Below are positions 55,778 through 64,000 of a DNA stretch of 64,000 nucleotides, piece by piece. Origin of the DNA: the human T2T-CHM13v2.0 reference genome, Homo sapiens; the NCBI RefSeq assembly GCF_009914755.1, contig NC_060928.1; one strand, 5' to 3'. The notes beneath the pieces were generated by a model. That model did not search any database, was not told the DNA's origin, and saw nothing but the letters and a program-made list of their open reading frames with translations. The position numbers and the translations under genes were made by a program. Within the stretch, counting starts at the first letter, position 1. Each line of letters starts with the position of its first letter.

Positions 55778-56688
55778 AAACTCTTGAAAGAAAAGGACTG
55801 TATATCTTCAATCTGACATCGCTAACCAAGTCTGAAAACATTTTGTCTGCCACACTGTATTTCTGTATTGGAGAGCTAGGAAACATCAGCCTGAGTTGTC
55901 CAGTGTCTGGAGGATGCTCCCATCATGCTCAGAGGAAACACATTCAGATTGATCTTTCTGCATGGACCCTCAAATTCAGCAGAAACCAAAGTCAACTCCT
56001 TGGCCATCTGTCAGTGGATATGGCCAAATCTCATCGAGATATTATGTCCTGGCTGTCTAAAGATATCACTCAATTCTTGAGGAAGGCCAAAGAAAATGAA
56101 GAGTTCCTCATAGGATTTAACATTACGTCCAAGGGACGCCAGCTGCCAAAGAGGAGGTTACCTTTTCCAGAGCCTTATATCTTGGTATATGCCAATGATG
56201 CCGCCATTTCTGAGCCAGAAAGTGTGGTATCAAGCTTACAGGGACACCGGAATTTTCCCACTGGAACTGTTCCCAAATGGGATAGCCACATCAGAGCTGC
56301 CCTTTCCATTGAGCGGAGGAAGAAGCGCTCTACTGGGGTCTTGCTGCCTCTGCAGAACAACGAGCTTCCTGGGGCAGAATACCAGTATAAAAAGGATGAG
56401 GTGTGGGAGGAGAGAAAGCCTTACAAGACCCTTCAGGCTCAGGCCCCTGAAAAGAGTAAGAATAAAAAGAAACAGAGAAAGGGGCCTCATCGGAAGAGCC
56501 AGACGCTCCAATTTGATGAGCAGACCCTGAAAAAGGCAAGGAGAAAGCAGTGGATTGAACCTCGGAATTGCGCCAGGAGATACCTCAAGGTAGACTTTGC
56601 AGATATTGGCTGGAGTGAATGGATTATCTCCCCCAAGTCCTTTGATGCCTATTATTGCTCTGGAGCATGCCAGTTCCCCATGCCAAAG
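55778..56688 (+). CDS. BMP3: BMP3 coding exon 2 (prodomain, RRKKR and KARRK basic sites, start of mature cystine-knot domain)
   Basis: Polypyrimidine tract and cctag| acceptor at 55777. G+AA completes Glu106. Reads [13 protein letters not shown]...[47 protein letters not shown]. Donor AAG|gtagcc at 56688; 911 nt. Confidence 0.98.
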
Positions 56689-57832
56689 GTAGCCATTGTT
56701 CTCTGTCCTGTACTTACTTCCTATTTCCATTAGTAGAAAGACACATTGACTAAGTTAGTGTGCATATAGGGGGTTTGTGTAAGTGTTTGTGTTTCCATTT
56801 GCAAAATCCATTGGGACCCTTATTTACTACATTCTAAACCATAATAGGTAATATGGTTATTCTTGGTTTCTCTTTAATGGTTGTTAAAGTCATATGAAGT
56901 CAGTATTGGTATAAAGAAGGATATGAGAAAAAAACATGTGTGAAACATACTTGTTGTGTTGCTTCTCAACATGGTGCATATTCAGCCACATGGTTGTGTG
57001 TGAACCTGCACCTGTCCATGTAAGCAAGCCCCAAATGGTAGAAGGCTGACCTTGGAAGAGTATTCAAGGAATAAGTGAATGTCATGGGAGCACAGAGAAG
57101 AGCTGATGGGATTGATGCCCTAATGCAGAACATGTTTTAATAAATACCCTCTTGTGAGCTAAGTTGTCCCCACAGAGGTCAGGATCAGGATTGACTCAGG
57201 TAAACTGGCCTCATGAAAACCACTACGTGCTTATTTCATTTGCTTCACTGCTAAACATCAGAAAAGGAAAGCAACATAGAATATGATGACTCTGTAAACT
57301 TTTGCCAAGACTAATTTCAACCTTTCAGAGCTTACCTGTATCTCCTCGAAAATCCATAAGGTCTGAACTTCATCATATCAGTTCTCAGTCTCCTGACAAA
57401 TATATTTGCAGAAGTCTCTCCAACCCCCACCTCCAACTTGCACGGCAAGTTCAAGTGACTGTTCTCTTTGAATTTACAGTTTAAGTAGTACCCTCTATAG
57501 TAAAATATAGTGGCACTCTTCAGCCTTCAGTTAAGCTTATTGGTGCACTTCCATTCTCAGCTTGTAGCAGTTTATATCTCTGTTATACCAAAAAAAAAAA
57601 AAAAGTTGCTGAAGGAACAGAATTCAGAGGAAGAATACAGTTTTTTCTTTCAAAATTTGAAACAAGTCCATTTTTGCTATTGTATGATAATGAAGAAAAA
57701 ATCCTTTGTCTCAACAAATGACCAACTTCTGCTTATGCATCTCTAAAATAGCGTTTTCATGTTCTAGCCAAGTGTAGCACTTGGTTATAATCATTGGGAT
57801 GACAAGCATAACAAACATAAATGCAAAGGGCT

Positions 57833-58008
57833 TTAGTCTGGCACAGTGGCATGCCCCTGTAGTTCCAGCTACTCTGGAGGCTGAGGCAGGAGGATCACTT
57901 GAGTCCAAGAGTTGGAGTAAGCTCTGATTGCACTACTGCACTCCAGCCTGGGTGACAGAGTGAGACAGCGAGACCCTGACTCTGAAGAGAAAAAAAAAAA
58001 AAAAAAAA
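57833..58008 (+). mobile_element. Alu monomer (FRAM/FAM-like) in intron 2
   Basis: cctgtagttccagctactctggaggctgaggcaggaggatcacttgag..cactccagcctgggtgacagag, A tail; TSD gcaaagggct on both sides. Confidence 0.88.
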
Positions 58009-58817
58009 GCAAAGGGCTGACAGCACAAGGCTGGGTTAGCCTTTTCAGGGCCACAAACTTGATTGAAATTTTATTTTCTTGTAATAATACTTCTCTAAGA
58101 CCCCTTCTTTCCCAAGGATTTTTGATCATTTTATGTTTCATAAACCCAAACACAAAGTACGAATTCTATACACTTGCAATTATATAAAGAGCCTTATCTT
58201 GTCTAAATATTCATAAAGGATATTTTACTGATCAAACAAAGTTGTTCAAATGAGATAACATGAAAAAACACACACACAACAAAGATGACAAATGTAACAA
58301 GCAGTGATGAGTCTTTATTTTACAGTGTGGCTTGCCTTGTGGCATTGAGAGGCAAGAATGGTTTCAATATCTGTCTTTAAACCCAGGATGACTGACTTTA
58401 GTTGGGTCTCGAAGTTTTCCAAATAATCCCTCTCACTTATAAAGGGTAATATATTCTGGGTAGCCTGGGGAAGTAGTTTTTCCCTTTTCTCCTGACTACA
58501 ATCTTCAGGACTCAGGAAGCCATGATAATGCAGAGATACTCTGTTAGTTTGCTTTTGAACCTCTAGCTCTGGAGAATTGATTTGGTATCCACCCCACCAC
58601 AATTACTTCCAATTTGTCCCTCTCATTTATTGGTTCTACCTGCTTTTACTGTTCCGAAACCTGCTGTTACTTCAGAAGAGCTCCATCATGTTTCTCAGTG
58701 ATCTAAAGAATAATAATTTAAGAATTGATGAGGAATAAGGTAAAAATAGCAGAAATAAATTTAAGGAGAGAAGTATGTTAGTGCAGAAGAATAATTAAAT
58801 GTACACGCTTGGTCATA

Positions 58818-58982
58818 GCAGGGCATCTTAAACCTTAATGTCCTGGCAAATTGCCCTGGATTTAGTTAATATGTAGGTTCTGATCCAGTGGATATAGGAG
58901 TAGAGCCTAAGATTCTGCATATCTAACAAGTTCCTAGGTGATGCAGATGCTGCTGATTCACAAATTGCACTTTGAGTAGCAA
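58818..58982. mobile_element. MER5A1-like hAT relic
   Basis: gattctgcatatctaacaagttcctaggtgatgcagatgctgctg..cactttgagtagcaa. Confidence 0.75.
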
Positions 58983-61900
58983 AAATAAAAGTCAAATCCT
59001 TTTAACTTGAATCTTGATTCTACCACTTACCTGCTATGACTCTTTGGAGAAGTTATTCAGACTCTCTACAAGTTATTTTTACAGTCTGAAATGGGTCAAA
59101 TAGTAAATAGTAAAAATAATAGTTTCTATATAACAAAAACAGTGGAAAAATGAGACAGTAGAGCACCTTGCACATAGTAGGTTATCAATAAATACCTGTT
59201 ATTGGCATTATTATTCACGGCCATTTCTGAGACTGAGGAGAAAGAAAAGCAAACGTAGGACTCTGAAGAAAGACTACATAGGAAACGAGATCAAGAGAAT
59301 AAAAGTTGTAAGGCAGGAAAATGTTTTCTAAATGTTTCTAGTCCCTTTTCAAACATCACAAAGCTGAAAATAGGTTTCTCCCTTTGCATTCAACCGCCCG
59401 TGAGCTCTTCCAGGGAGGTTTATTTGGAGAGTAAGAGAATCAGGAGAGCATCAGTTGCAGCAACTGAACTCATCATAATATTTGTCAAAACTTGGAAGGG
59501 CATCAGAACTCCAGGGAGACATAACAGGGATAAGTGTGGAGCTTTCTCTCTGAGCTTCAGATTTCCTTTTGCCAAGTTGAGAGTGGAAGTTTGGCTGTTA
59601 CATAGAGTTCTCAATCTCTCATCACCTTGTGTGTATCTGTTTAACTTTTAAAGCTTTCTAGTGGTTCCCTTTAAGCCTTCCACGCCTTGTGTCTTTCAAG
59701 TGGTACGGTGACCAAAAAGATGGGAAACATGCAGCCAAATGAAGCTGCTACATTAGGGGTAATTAATAAACATCCCTGTTATCTGCACCGTGTCCAATAC
59801 TGCAACCAGAGTGAACTTTGTAAATAAAAATATAGTCTAAGCAACAGAGGAGAATCAAGGCCACTGGTCAGATCAGTACAAAACATGTGGAATAACTGAG
59901 GTGCCAAAGACCTTTCAGACTTTAGATATAGTTTTTGCCCCAGAGAAAGTTCCCCCAGGCTAGACTGCTTTGTTGGCCCTCCTTTCTTTTGGCCTCCTGA
60001 GCCAAAGAGTGTTCTATATGGCAGGGCTTTTTGTCTGCAAAAGTTGACAACCTGTTCTCTAATTCAGAACAGCTGTGTTCTTTCTGCCTTTCCCAAATTC
60101 CAGGCTTTGCCCTTTCACTGATTCCAATTAGATAGTTTCTGGGCTATCACACCCATGTGGGCTGGACTGGAAGAATTGTGGAGTAAAACTCCATGGCCCA
60201 GGTCAGGAATGAAGGCTCTTAGCTGATGACATGCTCTCCCCTGCTAATGCATTTGTAATCAAATTCAACTCGAGGACATCATACACGGCTTGGCAGGTGC
60301 AGGCCTGACCATTGTAGATTTCATTCACAGACACGGCAGTTTGGATTTTTCTGATTTCTAGCCCTTACAGCCAATCTGTTCTCCCAGAGAGAGATTCTTG
60401 GAATTCTGCCATGAGATGAAAAATACCCATACAGTTAATGCCAAGTTCTATACCTTTGCCTCTCCTCATCACCTTAGAAGAGATGGAAAACAGAAATTTC
60501 AAATGAAAGTGATTGAGCTGTTGTCACTGACAAAGATCCAAGAGAAGTTAGTTTTGCTTTTTTTTTTTCAAGGAATTTTGCAAAAGCTATAAATAGCAAA
60601 CACATAGAATTAGGCAGCAAAGAATCTAAACACTTTGAACCAAGTATTCCATACAAAGAAGAAATTCACATTTAATGCGTTCAAAATGATACAACCTCAA
60701 TTAATTTCCTGAATCTTCCAATTCTAATCTCTGGTCATAAAAATGAACTCCAAAAACATTAAATCTTGATGTGCTAAGTTACTTAAGCAAAAAATTACCT
60801 AACTGCTATTGAAGTCGTGCTTCACCCTCATTAGAAAGAGCTGGTAAGGCAAATAACACAGATATGCATTAGTAATTGATATATTAATTTTTTAACTTGT
60901 TTAATAAAGAGTCATGAGAAACATGACCTGAACTCAGAAACAAACAGAAATTCCGGACTGGCAATATGCTTTACACCAGCAAATTACCGGATGGATCTTT
61001 TGTGCACGATGTAATTATTTCTGTTAATGGCAGGTTGATCAGAGGATTTCATAGTGAGAAAAAAAAAAAGCAGGGGAAACTTCCTAGTAATCTGAGAGGT
61101 TCCTGATAAGATACACCAATGCAGAATCAGGGGCTTCTGTCCAAATTCCAGTGAGCCCACTAGAGACTACTCATATACTCATAGTTTCTGAATCTATCAT
61201 TTGTTACTTGAAGCTGTAAAAAAAAGGACAGGAATTTTCCTAGGAAACACCCATGAATATTATCCATATCTACACCAGGTCATTTGCACAGAAACTTGTA
61301 TTTGTGTTGATAGGAACTATTTCCACAGAAATGGATAAAAATGGAGGGTATGTTGTTTCTTTTAAGTATTTCATCCATTTAACAAGCATTTGTTCCATGC
61401 CTAGATTATACTAGGTGCTCAGGAACAGCAATGCACAGGAGAATTTAGCACCCAAGGTCTCATCTAATTAAGTTGATCCACTTTGTATAAAATTCAAATA
61501 TTATAGGAGTCATTAAACATTAAAATAACAGAATAATTTTGGAAAATCTGGTTTAAAAGTTTTCGCTTTATGACAAGCTATTTAGATTATTGAGTCATAA
61601 AAATAACTTTAAATCAGTAGAGAAAAGTGGATGGCTGCAAAAGCTTTCTTTAGAAATTACCAATAGCAATAACAAGCAATGGCTACTGACATTTGTTGTA
61701 CAATACTGATTGTAGTTTGTGTAAGTTACACAGATATTATTGGTGATGCAGGGCATACAATGTGCAAAATAAAACAGCATGGACTTCCTCTCCTCAAGGG
61801 AGGAATAACTTGCTTTGTAATGAATTAAAGCTAATTAATTCAAAGTTAACCAGTCTTTTTAACATATACTGAAAATCTCTAGGAAAAAAAAGTAAGAACA

Positions 61901-63385
61901 GTTGCCCATCATTAAGTCTAATTATTTAGTTACTTATGCCTAATCACAATAAAGTTGAAGTCTGATGTATGGATTTTATTTCATTGATATTAAAAGATGG
62001 GATGAGATTTAACCTTTCTCTGCCAAAAATAATCCTTTTTTTCTTTTTTTTTTTAAGAGTATGCCTGCTTTCTATATTATTGTCTTCTCCCTTGGTTTGT
62101 ATATACCCTTTAAGTTTTAACTTGTTCCAGTTTCCCATGCTGGGAGTTTTAGGAGTTTGAAATTAAAATACCAATCCACTGGGGCGGGGTTCCTCTGAGC
62201 CATGAGAAACATGGCTCAAAGTTCTGAAATTAAAAAGCGAAAGTTTTGGTCAAAGTCCTACTCCTGAATTGGTCTCTGGCAAGTTACCAAACTTCTGTTT
62301 CTCAATGTGTTTAAAACAAAACTACTTTCACCTGCCTAAAAGAGGAATCGAGAAACACAGGTGTTGCACAGTGGGGCATCTCTTAGGAAGTTCTTACCAC
62401 TCTGGCAATACCTAACATTCTGGACTTGCAAAAATGACTGTTCCTTTAGTACTTTTAGCTAGAGCAGAGCTGTATGGGGTTCTCTAAATAAAACCACATG
62501 CTTCACATGAATGTTAGTGGTCCCATTTGGCATTTTCTCAGGGAAAAGATTCTTACTCAGGCTTCTTTGGTGAAAGTTCTGGTATCCATAGGATAACTTT
62601 AGGCCCTCATAATTCCCAGAGGGAATTCCCAGAGGACGTGGCCCACTCTTAGAACACAACTCCATGCCTAATTCTAAACCAGTGGAGCAACAGTGACCCC
62701 CAGTGGCCAATGGTGTGGTCTTCTTACCCCCCAGTTTGTACTTCTAAGGAGAGTTGAATAATTACATAGTGGAATAGTAACCATCAAATCCATCTTGGCA
62801 ACTATTAAATTAAATAAATCAATACCCCTCTGACCTGCTTGGTTTTATTTTAACAACAATGCCTAAATATCAATATAGCAGTGGCAATAATGTATCTCTG
62901 TTAAATAGAGTGCTTGTTAGGATTTTGATTAATGTAGGGTCAATAACGAATCATTTTTTGTTTCAATCCTGTTATTGAAAACACCGTAGAGTGTATTAAT
63001 TCCATGTTTGGGGGCTAAGTTGTTTGTAATTAAATGATTCTTGCTGAGATAACTTGGTTTAAATCCTCTACCATTTACAAGCTATTTGAACTTAGATAAG
63101 TCGTTTAAGCTTTTTGAGCCTTTGTAAAATGTAAGAAATGTTAGCTTTGTTGTGAGAATTAGAGATACTACATATAATATGCCTGGAATGCAGCAGGCAC
63201 TTAATAAATAATAACCATTTTGGTAGTGGTGGGATAGGCGATTGGGCTTAATGTATAATGATGCCAGAGGTTTTATTAAATTGTTGAAACAAATTCATTA
63301 GATAAGCATTTTGTGTAATGAGGACTGAGGAGTGGAAACGCAGTTCCACCTAACATATGTGTTCTTCTTTCATTTCTTTCTCTAG

Positions 63386-63577
63386 TCTTTGAAGCCATCA
63401 AATCATGCTACCATCCAGAGTATAGTGAGAGCTGTGGGGGTCGTTCCTGGGATTCCTGAGCCTTGCTGTGTACCAGAAAAGATGTCCTCACTCAGTATTT
63501 TATTCTTTGATGAAAATAAGAATGTAGTGCTTAAAGTATACCCTAACATGACAGTAGAGTCTTGCGCTTGCAGATAA
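63386..63577 (+). CDS. BMP3: BMP3 coding exon 3 (C-terminal TGF-beta domain, ends CACR*)
   Basis: tttctttctctag| acceptor, phase 0. [66 protein letters not shown]. Total 316+911+192=1419 nt = 472 aa plus stop. Confidence 0.98.
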
Positions 63578-64000
63578 CCTGGCAAAGAACTCATTTGAAT
63601 GCTTAATTCAATCATTAGTTTATTTTTATGGACTTCTTCCTGTTTTTTTTTTTTTTTTTTTTGCACTGCCAATGCATTTTGTTTCAAAAGATTATCTCTA
63701 TAGTCAGAGGGGAATGAGCAAATAGACTGAAGATTGCCACCAAGGAAAAGAACTGTATTTGTTTCTGAATGTAACTTAAAGCAAGATTTTTAGTAAATAT
63801 GGACATCTATTTCTCTTTTTGTAATCAAACACAACAACTTATCAAACTGTTTTTAGAACTGTTAGAGAACACACTGGTTTATTTTTGTAATGTTCTTTGA
63901 AAACAGAATGGAGAAGCAGCAATAGCTTGTCATTTATCTCATTTAATGACTAATGGGAAATAGAGAACAATTTCACGTTTTGAATTAGGCTTATTGCCTT
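63578..64000 (+). other. BMP3: BMP3 3' UTR (partial; probably continues beyond window)
   Basis: AU-rich sequence after the stop codon with a T20 run near 63643-63662; no AATAAA seen before the window end. Confidence 0.85.

Noticed and set aside
56236-56730. 164-aa antisense ORF over exon 2
   Set aside because: Shadow frame of coding sequence with no independent support.

Overview
Human (primate) genomic DNA containing the complete coding sequence of BMP3 (bone morphogenetic protein 3/osteogenin) on the + strand. The three coding exons (41318-41633, 55778-56688, 63386-63577) splice by GT-AG rules into a 472-aa TGF-beta-family preproprotein. A CpG-island promoter precedes exon 1, and the 3' UTR runs off the end of the window. 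The ~40 kb upstream is intergenic and rich in repeats: L1PA3-like and young pre-Ta-type L1 fragments, Alus, three near-complete THE1 (MaLR) proviruses, a Ricksha MULE, MER82, MADE1 and MIR relics. I see no evidence for a new gene or a new multi-gene system, and all other ORFs in the track are repeat-derived or chance. The observations most worth checking are: (i) patchy homogenisation, probably gene conversion, between two inverted THE1 internal regions; (ii) a pre-Ta-type L1 with no target-site duplication ~11 kb upstream of BMP3; (iii) a four-level MIR>Ricksha>ERVL-LTR>THE1 nest with surviving TSDs; (iv) a 61-nt Z-DNA-prone tract at the promoter; (v) possible non-secreted or nuclear BMP3 isoforms; and (vi) several micro template-switch scars. 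Repeat subfamily names come from my memory of consensus sequences and need RepeatMasker/Dfam confirmation.
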